DNA of 64,000 nt from Psilocybe cubensis (lineage: Eukaryota), in assembly GCA_017499595.2 (NCBI GenBank), contig CM039004.1:3162001-3226000 (forward strand), written 5' to 3'. Positions 1 through 14,165 of this stretch are shown in pieces. Numbering within the stretch: the stretch's first letter is position 1; every line of letters begins with the position of its first letter. The notes beneath the pieces are model-generated. The model worked only from the letters and a program-made list of their open reading frames with translations. It had not been told where the DNA came from and did not search any database. The translations under genes were made by a program, and so were the position numbers.

Positions 1-228
1 GAGATAGAGATATGGAGCCAAACCAGTCTAACACCCAAAGCAGAACTGACAGGCAGGGTCTGCAAAGATAAGACAAGCAAAAAAAGGGAAAAAAGGGAAG
101 AGAAAACGTAAAGAACAAAGAGAAAAAGCGCGTCTCGTCCACCACGTGTCGTATAGAGTCCGTCCGTGCCAGTGGCCATTCATCCCAGGGAGGAAAAGGA
201 AGGGAAAGAGAGACAGAAAGCGACTCAC

Positions 229-572
229 CACACGCATTGCAGACGGTGTTTCCTGAGGGATCGCGCCTCCATAGAGGGCTGTCGGTGACACCGCAGTTGG
301 AGCAGCTCGTGCGCGACGGTGTAATGACATTCGCGGAGAAGTTGAACTCTTCTTGGCCACCTGTAAGACCCAGCAGATGAGCGAACACAATCTTCCCTGC
401 AAAAGCACTGCAAGAACTCACTCTGGCCGTTTGGACTGCTGCTACTCTGGCCGGGACCGGCCTCTGACGTAGCACCGCCATTCTGTGTGAACTGCTGCTG
501 TATCCGTGCCATGGTAGACATGTTGGTGTTGTGCAAATTCAATGCTGGAGATTCGAGCACGACGGGGGACAT
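229..572 (-). CDS. GATA-type zinc-finger transcription factor, 5' exons only (gene runs off the window start); possibly SreA/Urbs1/Fep1-like iron regulator
   Basis: ATG at 572 (MSPVVLESPA...). After a GT..AG intron (~422-362), exon 2 encodes CSNCGVTDSPLWRRDPSGNTVCNACG (C-x2-C-x17-C-x2-C), then a GTGAGT donor at 228. The subfamily is inferred only from the N-terminal finger position. Confidence 0.85.
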
Positions 573-3080
573 CCTTTGATTCGCGCGAATGAGAAAGAGG
601 AAAAGGGCCCTATGTGATTTTTTTTATCAGGGAGAGATATAGATTAGGTGAAGACAGCCTAATAGAGATCTGCCACGAGGGCAGGTGTGTCAGCACGGAG
701 TTTGGTTGTGGAAGAAAGCAAGAGAGACGGAGACGACGTACAAAGAAGGCTGGCCACTGTGTCTGACGATGGGGACGAGTCGGAGGGTGGGGAAGAATGG
801 AGGGAGGATATTAAGGGAGGATGCTAGTGGAAAGTGAGCAAGGGGGAGGGGAGGGCGGGAAAGTAGAGCTGGAGATAATGTGAGATAACACGGCCCAGCC
901 AATCACAGCCGGCATGTTTGTCTTAGATAACTCTTTTAATCGCCGCCGAACCGAACTGAGCCGGCTCGGCTTACAAATTTAATCTAATCAGTCACACAAC
1001 AGAGGCCGAGCCGCCAAGCCAGGCAGCCGGTTTGATCTAATCTCCGCTCAGAGCTCTCATGCACGTCCACATTCCAGTAAACTCGCTCGGAGTGATTAGG
1101 TCCTCCGTCCGCTCGGGTCACACTAGCTAGCCCCCAGGAGATAACAACGGACGGCAACCTCCTTTCTATTCCCTGACACCCCTTCTTATCAACATTCTGG
1201 CATTCTAGTCTTGATTTTTAATTCCACCCCTTCTAATCCCTCATTTAATCTCTGCGCTTCAGCAAGGTGCGGCGCGCGGCGGTGGCGGCGAAGTAGTACC
1301 AGGATGCGTTTTGCACGCAATCTCACAGAATATACACGCGTAAGGTACTGGAGTAAATGATCACCACAGCTAACTACGCGCATATTAGCGTTTGTCCGCT
1401 TACACTCGGGTTCCCACATATACCCACCGCGCCTGACTTGTGCGTTTCCAAAGCATGGTAACTGCTCCGAGACCGACAGCCCCGCCCTGCTCGAAACCTT
1501 AGCGGCGGATGTCTGTTGGGTTTTGCACCCCGAAATTAGTGGTACGATAACTTCAAGTTGCATATGTGGACAGTGTTTTGCCCTCCCAACTCCCCGCCAA
1601 CCCACAATGACATTCTAAATGACACACACACCGGACAAACCTCCGCATCGTGCCGCACTTCACAGTTCACCGTTCAAAAAATTCTCTCCAAAAAATTTTC
1701 ATATACATATGTATCATTGCATGTACGTACACATTCGCAACCCACTAGCCGCTAATAGCGTTCCAATACCAATATGGCAGTTACCCACTAAGGCATTTAC
1801 CCCGCCACAGATAAACAAAGTGTACAGGTCCCAACGACCCTGCTACCACCATCACATCAGACATCAGAAATTTTAAAGAAAGCAACTTTTTCCAAGATGA
1901 ACCGTTGATGACTTGGACGAAAAAAGACCAAGCCCCACAACCACAACCTTGATTCATAAAATAAGCTGATCTTCTTCTTCCCAAGAAACGATTTAAACTT
2001 CACGGATGAGAGAATACGTTCATGAGAACCCACGAAAAATGCGCCATCATTACCCCGGCGGCATTGCCGTTGTCATATCGTAAGCACTCAGGACTGATGC
2101 GGTTTGCGAGCCTCAAGGCTCCCGAGTCCCAGAGCTAGACGTAGCTGAAAGTGAGTCTTTTTTGTCCGTTCATTGTAGTACGCTCGTTTCTCTTTCCAGC
2201 CGATACTACTCAGCGCCATACTCTACAAACACCACATCATCCCTCGTACATCCAAAATCATCGCACCCGGGCCAACGCGTACATCCGACCTATCACACTG
2301 ACACACTCACCACCCCCAAAATCCGAGTGTTGACATCAGTTATCAATTACCATGATGATGACTTGATTATGATGCAAAACAAATGATCCAGGATCAATTC
2401 ACTTCAGTGAACAACCCGTATACCGGCATTAGAGGAGATCCTAGATTCCCAGTTCACACATGTAACTGCTGAAGTTACTGATGTACGTTGAACGGAAAGT
2501 CAAAGTCAAGTTTAAACCCGCGTCATATCTATTACAGTAACATTCTATGGCAAACAAACTTCTAAGGTATGTACCTTTAATTTTCCAGATTCTTCACGTC
2601 CGGTCTGGCAATTGACAACAATCTCGCTTTGCAGGTGCCAGGACCGCGATTGTAACCTAGCCAGCCCCAGTAATTTCGCAACGTATACCTGAATCGCCTA
2701 TTAATTCGCGTACAGCTCAACGCGTCTGAATTCAGTCTCCAGAGTCCAAAAGGCCAGACCACATACACACACTCGACCAGTCTCTTAAATCTTCTTCCAT
2801 TGTCTGTTTCCAACCACATGCACATGCACATCTCCCTCTCCATCTCCGCGGAACTCCCCTCCTCTCCGAGCCGTATTCCTCTTCAAAGTTACTCAGATAA
2901 GATGTATTCAGTTCTATGTCGCCATTAACCTCCGCCATCGCCTTGTCCTTCGCATTCGCCATTGCCTTCGTCTTTGCCTTTGCCTTTAGCTTCGCCATTG
3001 TCTTGTCATTGTCATTGTCTCCCCTGGTTCTTTCCTCTGGTTCTCGTGGGGTGTGATACGCAGCACCCAGTACCCAGCAG

Positions 3081-3162
3081 TCTGGCTCTGGCTCTGGCTC
3101 TGGCTCTGATTCTAGTTCTGGTTCTAGTTCTGGCTTTAGTTCTGGCTCTGTCTATCTCTGGC
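3081..3162. repeat. Degenerate hexanucleotide microsatellite (TCTGGC/TCTAGT/TCTGGT)n
   Basis: Directly visible run of TCTRGY units; a similar GCCTTY-type low-complexity run lies at ~2930-3000. Confidence 0.8.
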
Positions 3163-6100
3163 TCCCGTATAATCCCAGACGACTCGTCTAGATGACTTTC
3201 CCGGATCCTTCAGACTCAATCCAGACCTCCAGTGCCTCACCACGCACACAAATATATATAATAACTACTAATCCCATCAACTCAAAGGACATAGTACATG
3301 TATCGATAATATATTAAAATGCGGCAGCGATGATAATCTGGTAGCGTCAACATGCACCGATAGATACGGACGCCTACCACCTATGACATTGAGTATACGT
3401 ATACACTCGCCCACTCGCCACCGTAATCGTATTATAGCAATCAAGTTCAGCGGTCAGTCAAATCAACCCTGTTGGGTTATCAGACAGACTACTCATGACA
3501 AAGTCACACGTACATCCGACGCATAGACAGACTGGATTTCTTGAAACGGTGCGTTGTAGCCCCGGCATTCATAGTCTCGATTCTCGAAGGAACACCAAAA
3601 CGCGATGTTAATGTTAACATCCACGCGGTTTCAACTTCAAGTTACTCACATTTATAATATTAATATCGCTACCCGTTCCCGCTCCGCACATCACAATCGG
3701 AGTCCGATTCCAAGTCCGAGTCCGAGTCAGACTCGACGCACACACAGAGCTCAGACTCATTCACGCTGAGGTGAACCATGATGTTGAATCCCGTGCGCTT
3801 CGAACTCGACATTGTGTTCTATTTTTAGATACACTCTCGAGTCCAACTTCGTCGGACGACAGGCACACTGAGAAACCCAGAAAGAGGCATTCATACCGGC
3901 TCCGCAAGTTCCAGTGCGCAGTCGTCCGAGTTCGAGTATCAACATCCCAAAAAAAGGATATCTCTCACTGCTCCTTTCAAAAAGTCAGAACTTCACACCG
4001 CCTCAGGAGTCAGTCGAAATCGAATTCAAGAACATTACAATGTCGAAGCGAAGGGAGCAGCAAGCAGCAACTTCAAGATAAAAATAACCCCGCGCTGTCA
4101 TTCGCATGCAGGTGCACTGATGCACCGAACTCAATGCGGTGATGATCCCTGGACCCGGCGGATCTTATCAGGACTCGTGGCACCAGGCCCAGTCCCATGA
4201 CTCGCGCCTTGCGAACTTCGCAGGAAGAACATCTTACACTTACACTATTGTCAGTGGTATGGTATGATGATGACCCCCCTCCTGTGTCTTCGGCTCTCAA
4301 AGTCAACATTTGGTTTGTCTTGCTATTTATTATGTGTGTTCTCAACTGTGTGCGTCATCTCGGTTGTGGGTATGGATTTAACTTTTAAGTGACAGGTGTA
4401 ATTGTTTTCAGTTTGGGTTTGAAGGGATATAATGCATTGAATTGAACAGGATACAAAAGTTTATCTTGTTGGCGGTGAACTACATTGTGAGATATATATT
4501 GAGATTATGTCGGTGAGGAATGGAGTAGGACGATGGTTCTAACTTGTATCACAGTATATTCAATTAACCTCAGAGAAAAGAAAAGGGATATTCGATATAG
4601 GGGTTGAGCCAGGACCTCTCATTAGTGCTGAAACTACCTTATTGCATACGGAATAAGTCCGGCTATAGCTGAAAGACAGTGCGTCGTGGTATTCGCATGT
4701 AAAACTGTAAAAACTATCTAGACAAGTTGATCTAATCCAAAGAAGATATCTACACATCAACGATCACCGTCGTTGCTGGACCCGCATCGCGCCTGCTCCC
4801 CGGTATAATACGTCAAATGTGTTTTGAAAATGCTCCGACTGGGCTTTAGGTCCTCGCTATAACAACGTTTTTGCTCAGAGACGTGCGGTTTTCAAGACTC
4901 CTAAGTCAATTGTCATGGTACTATTAGGCTGATATGGATGAACTGTCTGATATCCTGCGATATAATATAGTATTGCGCTCCATTGTTCGCTCGTGTCTGC
5001 GTCATTAATATACTTAAAGCTCCAATCTAATCTAATGGAATTATCAGCACTGTACGATACACGTTTCTACGCAATATCACTCCCCCATTTGCCTCTAAAA
5101 AGTAAAGACCGTACGAGGAAGTGCTCCAAAGCTGCTCCAAGTCGTTGGGACCCCTTGCCATATCAACGTTGCCTTCTTAATTTTTTTTTCGATCAGAAAC
5201 TGTTATGCCACTTTGCTGCGAGATGTTGCCACAGCTGGAAACATTGTATTTGCAATGCCCTTCACAATGATTATGCTAGTAGTACACGCAGTAGCAACTC
5301 AAAGATAAACATAATACCCAAGTCTCGCCTATCTGCAGATGAGGCGCTTCCGATTGCACGGCACTCTCATCCCTCACATATAAATCACAAAGTGATCTAG
5401 GTTTTGGTTGTGCATCCAGCTAATTATACAGAATCAAGCACAGGTAAGGTCGAAGTATCGGACACAAAACGCCGACACCTGCAGTTAAGTATGTGCACTG
5501 ACACGACGCGGACACAAACCCACCAACTCCGAAAATCCCAATGTCCCATCATGGCCATCGTATGTATCATGTATAGCACCACCACAAACGACAATTGGCC
5601 GTGATGTCCACATCCGGTTAATCTCATGTCAATCGGTTCCCATTTGGATAGAGTTTTACGGAGTCAAATTGGAAGCAAAAAGCGAAAAAAGGAACTTGCG
5701 ACTTCTGACAGGCTATTTATAGTCACTGTAAGATCTGCATCGTCATCCCATCAGCCTCCCTTCCAAAACTGCCAGAAGAACTCGAGGCGAAGCCCTCATG
5801 CATGAAGGGGACTCATATGTCGTGACGGGTCCTTCAAATGGGCGGCAACTTGCACTGAGGCTGCGCGATCTTATGTTTCCATTCTCGTTTGGAAAACATA
5901 TCCACCGAGGGTTTAAACTTTCTACGGTTGAGGGGGAGTTGCGCTGCGCACAGTATGTAGTATGCACGTACGTAATTAATAACAGAAAAACAACCAGGAT
6001 GCTGCAATGTGCAGATTGTTAAAGCGCTGGTCGATAAATCTTAAAATTAGCGCACGCTAATTTCCGAAATCGCGGCTCCATTGACATGTCAGAGATCGTG

Positions 6101-6869
6101 GATAATCATGATGATAGCCTCCGTCAGACGCCTTCCGATATCGACGCGGAGGGTTGTTTAACATAGTACTTCTGCTTTTACCTAGATAAATATAGCTGCA
6201 TCGGTGAGAAATATGTCCGGCGTGAAATACCCTACGATGCACACCGCACTGCTTGTGGCATCGAACACGTTTCTGCTCTCCGCCTGGGGAGGATGTCCGG
6301 ACATCTACCACCCACCCCGAGTGAGAAAAGGTGAATTTACGGTCAGAGTAGGTATGTAGATCCGATTGAGGTGGGGCGTCTTGAGTGCAAGTCCTCGAGG
6401 CTGATATTGATTCCCTTCCGGAACGATATAGCGACACTCTGTCAATCAAATCTAAGAATACCAGAAATCTAAGAACAACACATCCCTATGACCACATTGC
6501 ATCAGCCTCATGGTATGTCCTGATCACAACTAAGTACATCGAAGTGCCTGTCTCTGAAGCTTGGACTAAGAGTATCTTTATATTCTTATTCGTTCAATCG
6601 ATTGAATTCGACACAGGTTGGGGTTCATGCTTTCATCGCCTCCGTCGGATAGATATGCCGATACTGATGATTTGGACGTAAAATAAAGCACGGATCGAAA
6701 ACTTGCATGCAACCATGCACTGACCCTTGAGTCTTGACTAAAGCCACCATCTAATCTCTACTGCCTCATCAATGGTCTAAAAGTGCAGTCAAACCGGCTC
6801 GGATTGTAAAGGACAGTAAGCGCGGTAGAACGTGCCAGATACTTCCGCGCTAGCGGATACGGATCCCGT

Positions 6870-6967
6870 CTTATCAGATAAGTCTAATCAAATCGACTGA
6901 AAGGCCGTCGATACAGAACCGTTCTTAGGCCTCCCTAGGCTCATCGAAATTATAAATTATCAGATAA
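6870..6967. promoter_or_regulatory. Two palindromic double-GATA sites (CTTATCAGATAAG 6870-6882; TTATCAGATAA 6957-6967)
   Basis: Both contain ATCAGATAA, matching the ATCWGATAA consensus of SreA-type GATA repressors, in the long intergenic region upstream of the GATA gene. Confidence 0.4.
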
Positions 6968-8880
6968 GAATTCAAACCATTCCATTGATGCATCGCAAGA
7001 TCAGAACCAGTTCAAATGACCAACGTCCGTAGAGCGCAAGCATACGCATGCGCGTCTGCATTCTAAGCAGCGCGCAAAGCCTGCCAGCAATCAAACAAAC
7101 GACCTGATGAATGCATATTGACCCAGTGACCAAACGGGCTGACCATCTCGACGAGCCGAGCCAACGCGCGGGATATTTGGACCACTTCCCCATCGCGGCA
7201 AATAATCCCTTTATCAAATCAGCGGAGGAGATTCTAGGAGATTTCGAGGGTGGTATAACACGCATTGGAAATTGGCTATTGGTTTGGTGGAAATGAGAGT
7301 TTAGCGACATTTAACACAAGGGGCCAAGGATGAGCTAAGAACTGCTAAGAATGGGCAAAGGATCCCTTATTTAGGGTGTGACTTACATGTAGGTACGCGA
7401 AAGCCCCTATTTTTCCGTGGAGAACAAGTTGAAGCATACATAAACCAATTCTTGTGAATTAACATTAATATATCTCATTAACGAGTCCAGTATGCAATTA
7501 ATTAAGATATACAGAGTCAATCATATTGTTTACAGCCCTTGAAGATATGTAGCAGAGGATGGTGGATCCTCCTGCGTTGTTACTGTACGCATTGACGGCA
7601 CGTGGAAAGCGCTATTAAAGCCTGCCTAGCCGGTCCCTGGAAGTGAAATAACAATATATACATTTGAAAGAACACGTCCATATAATGGTAGATAACAGGA
7701 CAATCAAAGCCTGCATATGATCACGAGCAGAATGAGTGTCCTGAAGTACCCCAAAACACTTGACGACGAACATCAGCACCCTTAAAAATTCGCAGCCGAA
7801 GAGATGCGTAACTTAAGGCAGTAAAAATTGTCCTAGTCCACGCCCTACTCACATTGATGTACGTTAGTAAATCCCTGGCCAAAATCAGGATTGATCTCGA
7901 GTCGGCGAAGACACCCATTATCTCAAATCAGTCGTGGTTAGCGAAGTTAAAAACCCACGGTGCACGAGGCGAGAAGAGCTATCAAGGCCTTAGAACTCGC
8001 ATAGTTTCGTAAAAGTCGTTCTCTTTCGATTGTATTCAGAGCTCGCTTCCGGATCTCGCAGGAGCCAAGTAGGTATTCCATACTCAACGGGCGCTGAACT
8101 TGGAAATGCGATTCTCTGCATGTACATATTAGCTCCGGCTGTAATGTAGACTCATACTGACATCATGGGTGGTGATTAGTATCATGTACAGGACAAAGAA
8201 ACTCGACCGCGGATTCACTACACGTCCTTACCTCCTACTTTTATCTTTTGACTCACCGGTTCGGATCCAGATAGTTAGTCCGAGTCGGTTTCAAGTTACT
8301 GGATCCTATAGAACTGATAACCTGTGAATAACAGCGTTTTTCAGGGCTGTCCGCTCAGCCGAAAAGGGTCAACGGCGTCAGTCTTCGGTCAAGGGTCAAT
8401 GTAAGAAAGCCACGGAAAATAGAACTAATACACTGACCGATGGATAACTGACCTGGCAATGTAATGATGTCAGAAGCCCCTGTAGGGTCGAATATCACAA
8501 GGCCGGACCCTCAAGCTCAAGGACGTACTGGAGGTAATCGAATTCACCCACCCATCATTCCCCACATCCGGTGGGGAAATGCCAATTACCCCGGAGTCCC
8601 CAGATCCCATGACCTTTGGACTCTACGTGGAAGCAACTGGATCACGGATGGTTATTCAGGTGCAAGACTCGCGGTTATTAGGAAAGGGTCTGCCTAAACG
8701 TAAAGAAACGTGGAACATTCATGTTTTTAAAACTCTATTTGGTTATCTTATCGACTGCGATAGCCGCGGTAAAACGTAATGAAATGTAAAAACACTGAGC
8801 AATCACACGAGCAAGTAGGAAAAGCAATACGCACCCCAAGACCAACCCAGGACTCCCAAACCGGTCGCAGGGGGCATAAT

Positions 8881-9288
8881 TAGGGGAGGTCAGAGTGGAC
8901 GATTTAGAGGCGATTCTGACACGATTCAGGTCAGGATTCAATATTCAATATTCATGACCGATTGCTGCTGAGACCAATATATTTCCTGTATTCACTTAAT
9001 TTCCGTGTTCTGAAAGCACAAAGAGAAGGGAGGATTCTGATCAATTCAATGTTTTCAACACACATAGTGGAAACATCCTTAAGAGGCTTTGAATTTGCTT
9101 CAGAAACTAGAGATTCTAAGAGGAACAAATCATTTAAGACTGAATTCATAGAGGCAGAATTGCGATTCTGAAGTTTAGAGTCGATTCAGCGATTCCGATT
9201 CTGAGGCGATTCAGCGTCTTCCCACGCTTCTGATGACCAGAATCGCCTCCGAATCGCGTCGCTGAATCGTCCACTCTGACCTGCCCTA
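8881..9288. mobile_element. MITE (~408 bp) with ~24-bp terminal inverted repeats, hAT-like TAGGG ends
   Basis: Left TAGGGGAGGTCAGAGTGGACGATT; right end reverse-complements to TAGGGCAGGTCAGAGTGGACGATT. Many internal GATTC/GAATC motifs. No clear TSD. Confidence 0.75.
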
Positions 9289-9583
9289 TTATGTATAATC
9301 CAGCTAGTGAACCCTTAAACTTACAAATTCCGAGAATCATAATGAATCATATCCTATCTTTCATTGACGACAGCAGCCATACAGAATGAATTTGTGCAAT
9401 GGCAGCCCAAGATTGTCACACCAAACGACTTGCGTAAACCACCAGAGCATAAATCATGGTTTATTTTGGAATGTTGCGAAATGAAGTAGAAAGGGCCTAG
9501 AGTCGCATAATAACAGTGACATGTTCAGGAGGATTGGTAGGTGACATGTTTCTGCGAAGGGGGTGAAAGAGTCGTGTACACGA

Positions 9584-10384
9584 TTATGCGTCAGTCTTAG
9601 CGGTGACCCTCTTCTTGGCTACAGTGTTCTCTCTGTAACAGGCATATATTAGGTTGAAGATAATGGGATAAAATAAATATTGCATACCTGAAGCCATTCT
9701 TGAAGCGTCTTGAGACGTCCTTCAAGTACCTCATCCTTCCGGTACCGGTGGTCTTTCTGCGCTTGGCCTTTTGACCCCACTCATAAGATCTGATCTTAGC
9801 AGAAGGGTATCCGCATGAGGCGCAAGCTGAGAACACCAGAATCAGAAATGTTGTAAAATCGACGAAAATTAACCCATACTTTTGTGTTGCCTGTGGAAGG
9901 CACGGTTGCCGCAACGCCTGCAAAGGGTGTGGGACTTGGTGTGTCTCTTACTATAGAGCGACGAGGGCGAGAAAGGTGCATGCGGTGAGTTCTTCAAACA
10001 TTTTGACGCAGAGTAGAAGTAACATACCCGAAGGACGAGGTACCTAGACAACGCGAATTAAGTTACCAGTACAGTTTAAACACTTCAGATGGAACGCACC
10101 TTTCGTCTAAACGACATAACCACAGAACAAACGAAACAAAGTCAGCAACAATTCAACCATCCATTCCAGCAGAAGAAAGCGAAGTAAAGCATTGTCCCGG
10201 AAGTCTTCAGTCGAGCAGCAGTTCAGTCCCACAATCCCAATCGCCCAAAACTTGTTCATCATCACAACTCCATCCAAACTCATCCAACCGCATCCATCCC
10301 TTCCTGCCCTCCCATCCCGCTGAATCTGCCTTCGTGGATTCCGTGGACGCATGTCTGTCGCCTGGAGGAGCAAGGACTCACCAT
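9584..10384 (-). CDS. RPL37: 60S ribosomal protein L37 (eL37), 6 coding exons including micro-exons
   Basis: Spliced product [94 protein letters not shown]; all introns GT..AG. Confidence 0.97.
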
Positions 10385-11553
10385 CTCGTCGTGTGCTTGA
10401 GGATCTTGGGGTTGAGGGGGTCGATGGTCGCTGGGCGCGGGTCTTTCGTTGGGTATGCACGGATGATTTTGGGCCGTGGGAATATATTTCCGTAATCAGA
10501 TAATTTGGGCCTTTTTTCATAAATAACTATATCTGGAAATTTAAAGGACCAATTGGCACTGGTCTGCAGCCCTAAAGAGGAGGTACGCGGCAGCAAGGAA
10601 CGCCTGGAGCTTCCCTCTGTTCCGCGTATCCCTTACGCAGCACGCAGTTGTGCCACTGTGAAGCTAAGTCCCACATAGGCTCGCTGGTTAGCATGCAAAA
10701 GGGCATAGTTTCCTCGCCAGGCACCCCCATCCTTCCACAGGCCATCACCCACAAACCACTTGCTGACTGACTAGGCACAGATCAATTCGCAGAGGTATTT
10801 TCTACTTACATGGGGACGCTATCATAAATCGCAAGGGTATGAAAAACAAAAGAGCAAACTCAGAAATAATTCTTCATGATGCAAAAACCATCTGATCCTC
10901 TCGTACCTGTTATATGTACTACGCGCGGGCCACTTTTCAACCTCTAACAACACCAGGGGGCTATCCAACAACTTCTTGGTGCGCACACTTAACGGCTTCA
11001 CTGGAACCTAACTCATTATAAACACTTGCAGGACTGTTACAACTAAAGTACTAATCTCATACCATCCCTTGGGCGCATGATGCTGGATCTATGGCTGTAG
11101 CCTTCCTTTCTGCTTCGCATTCTTGATCAGGTGTACCTCAGTCAAAGAATATCGCGTTCTTTGGATATTCTTTCCCTTCAAATCGCATGTATTTTGCGAA
11201 TTCTCCGTGTCCGATTCACAAAATTAGACACAAACAGGACACCAGACCGGCCAGCGCTCAGTGCGAACGTGAAACCATGTGCTGCCTTGGAAACTGCTCC
11301 ATGAATAACCTGGCTGTTCAGGCTGATGACCTCGAACGAGCCATATACTGTGACACCCTTGTTTGGTACCTTTCTAGCGTGTATGTTGGCGTTTCAAAGG
11401 TGACGTATTTCTTTGGCTTATTTATTTGTATTCCTTCTGGGCGGTTCTGTCAACATATAAAAGGGTTTATGTGCTCGATTGGCCTCGCCTCCAACAGTTT
11501 CCTATACGTTTGTAATCGCCTTAGAGTCTGGCAACACCATTTTACAGGAATCT

Positions 11554-13477
11554 ATGTTTGCTGCACTCCTGCCACATGTTATAGTCATTGCCCTTTGCGG
11601 CATGTCTGTCGCACAGGACTTGGGGGTACCTCTTAGCTGGAGGGTACGTTAAAGCTTGGATAATCCTTTCAGGCGCAATAAACATCGTCGTGTGATATAG
11701 AAATTCAACAACTCAAGACCGACATCGGAACGGATTTCCATATCACAGAACGCAATCAACACCATTCTTCCGCAGCTCGATTCCTCTACTGGACAGTTCA
11801 ATGGTACATTCCTGATCACCTTTGGTCATGCAGGTGTGATGATATCAATGTGCAATAATACAGGAATAGGCTACTGGCAGGCCGCCAACGTGTTCTCGGC
11901 CATGGCACTGCAAGACCAAGTTGCAAAGACGACGACTAATAAAAATATTGTTGTCAATAATCTGAAGCTCGTTTTTGGTCTGTTCAAGAATTACGATCAG
12001 TTTGGGTAAGACCTCCGTTTGGCATAGTTCTGTCAAATTGAACTAACACGTTTCATTGCTAGGGTGTGTCTTTATTGCTGTGCCCTTTTGCATCCAATAA
12101 TGATATCTTTATCATCGAATCATTAGTTCAACGACGACGCTCTGTGAGAAAGCCCAATTTTTGTGCTGTACCCGCCGTACTGATAGGCAATTAGGTGGTG
12201 GGCACAAGCGGCGCACTACGCTTTCAAGTCGTACGGAGACACTGAGCTCTTAAATAACTCTATCGCGACTTGGAATTCTGTTTCCAATTAGTCAGTCTTG
12301 CAACCATAAATGTGGCATTATATGCGTTAATTGGATGCTTCCCTAAGCATGATAACCCCAGCCCAAGCACAGGCCGGAAAGACGCCTTTCAAGAGCTTTG
12401 CGCTTGCCGGGACTTGTGATGGAGGTGAGTATACTTTTTTGCCATTTGCCATTTGCCATTAATTAGCATTTAGTTACCATGGCCGGTGGGGTGTTCTGGG
12501 TGCGTAATCAAAGGCATTGGCAATGGTGATTAATTTAATTAACGTTTACGACCTCTTAGCGCCCGACAACGGATGATACGGCTATCAACTCTATAACCAC
12601 TGGGTAAGCGCTTTATTTCACTACATCGTCCGGAATGATCCAACTTAAACAACAATTGTTTGATAGACTTTTCCTAACGTACGTATCGCCACAAATGCGT
12701 AACCAACATAGCGCTAATCATCAGACAGACTTTCGTCTTATTTGTATGAAACCACTCGCGATACTAAATACCTCTCCGCCGCCACCATGGCCGCGAACTG
12801 GATCAAAGCACATAACATCGCCACATCTTCTGCATCGAATCCCGGCATCCTCTTGGACACAGAAGACGGAGACAACTGCTCTCGATCTCCCGCAAGCTGG
12901 CTGTTCACATACAACAGCGGAAAGTTTCTCGAAGGCTTGAGTGTGCTTGCGAATGTTACGGGGGACAGTCAATGGGAGCAACTGTACGTGTCTCACCGTG
13001 TTTTTTCTAACTGCTGCATGTAACGGTCATGCAGAATGCTGACGACCGCTGCGGCTGCTATAAAAAATGCACCGTGGCAGGGCTCCAATGGAATTATCAT
13101 CGAAGGAGCAGATACGGATAGTAACAACGATGGAGTTGGGTTTAAAGGCACGTATAGACTACACCCACCTTAATTTTCTTTACACATGACCTCTTTCCAG
13201 CCATCTTCATTAGAGGACTACTTGAAGTCTTCAGAAGGACCCCGCAGAATTCTGCCCTCAGGATTTTGATCCACAGCTATGTCGACGTGCAGGTACGTGT
13301 CGGTCCCTCGGAAACATAGTAAACTAATCTGTTCATCAGTACAATGCCTTACTGGATCTTGCGAGCTCTGGGAACGACTATTCGGCAAATTGGCTTGGCC
13401 CACAGCCTAGTGGGTTTACGACTTGGGGTCAGCTTGCTGCCCTTGATGTATTGGTCGCCGCTGTAGAGGCTAACTGA
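11554..13477 (+). CDS. Secreted glycoside hydrolase family 76 (alpha-1,6-mannanase-like), multi-exon
   Basis: Signal peptide MFAALLPHVIVIALCGMSVA then QDLGVPLSWR; motifs NDDAL/WW, MAGGVFW, WLFTYNSGKFLEGLSVL, GFK, TWGQLAALDVL; stop TGA at 13475-13477. Confidence 0.85.
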
Positions 13478-14165
13478 GGGTTACTTGGTTCGTGGATAAT
13501 GCATTTCGACACAGAAATAATTGTATTCCTGTACATTCGCCTGTTAGGAAATCACATTGCCCTAAATTCAGACATTTGAGTAAACTGTTGTAACAGATTT
13601 AGTACTCAAGTCTCGAGATCGATTGAACTGTGAGATTGGAGTGGAAACATCAGTTGCTATCAGACTGGAATTTGAAGACAACAGTAGGAATTGAACGTTG
13701 TGATATGGGTCAGTTTGGCAATGGTCGACAGGACGATGATCAGGCGATTGCAGCAGGTTTCAGGGTTGCAAAGCTAGGACTGTATATTCATCGGGAGACA
13801 ATTGGGACAGGGAATGTGGCCAACGCCCATTTCAGATCGCCTGACCAGCACAATTTTCTTGCGATTTCAGCATCTTTAGCAGAAGCAAGGACTGCGCCAG
13901 GGCGGCCTCCGCGAGTCTATTTTCTGGGAACGTCATCAGATGTCGTGAGGCGAGGAGCACATATACTGTTCTTCGCGCCAGCAATATGTCGGAATCGAAC
14001 TCTGGAAAGGTACAGTTGGCAATGACTGTGTGGCGTGATATCAGTGAAAAACATGATTTCTCCAACTTAAAAAATAGGCGTTCATAGAGGCCCACACTTC
14101 CGAGATTAAAAAGTTAGCGTTCAAAACCAGAAAAGACATATTCCATACACATATAATACATAATC

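Noticed and set aside
4596-4640. tRNA-like T-arm resemblance on the minus strand
   Set aside because: No GTTCRA core and no cloverleaf could be built.
1189-8800. Many short ORFs in the ORF track between the GATA gene and RPL37
   Set aside because: No recognisable domains or consistent splice structure; several are just microsatellite translations (e.g. LALALA, AKAKTK).
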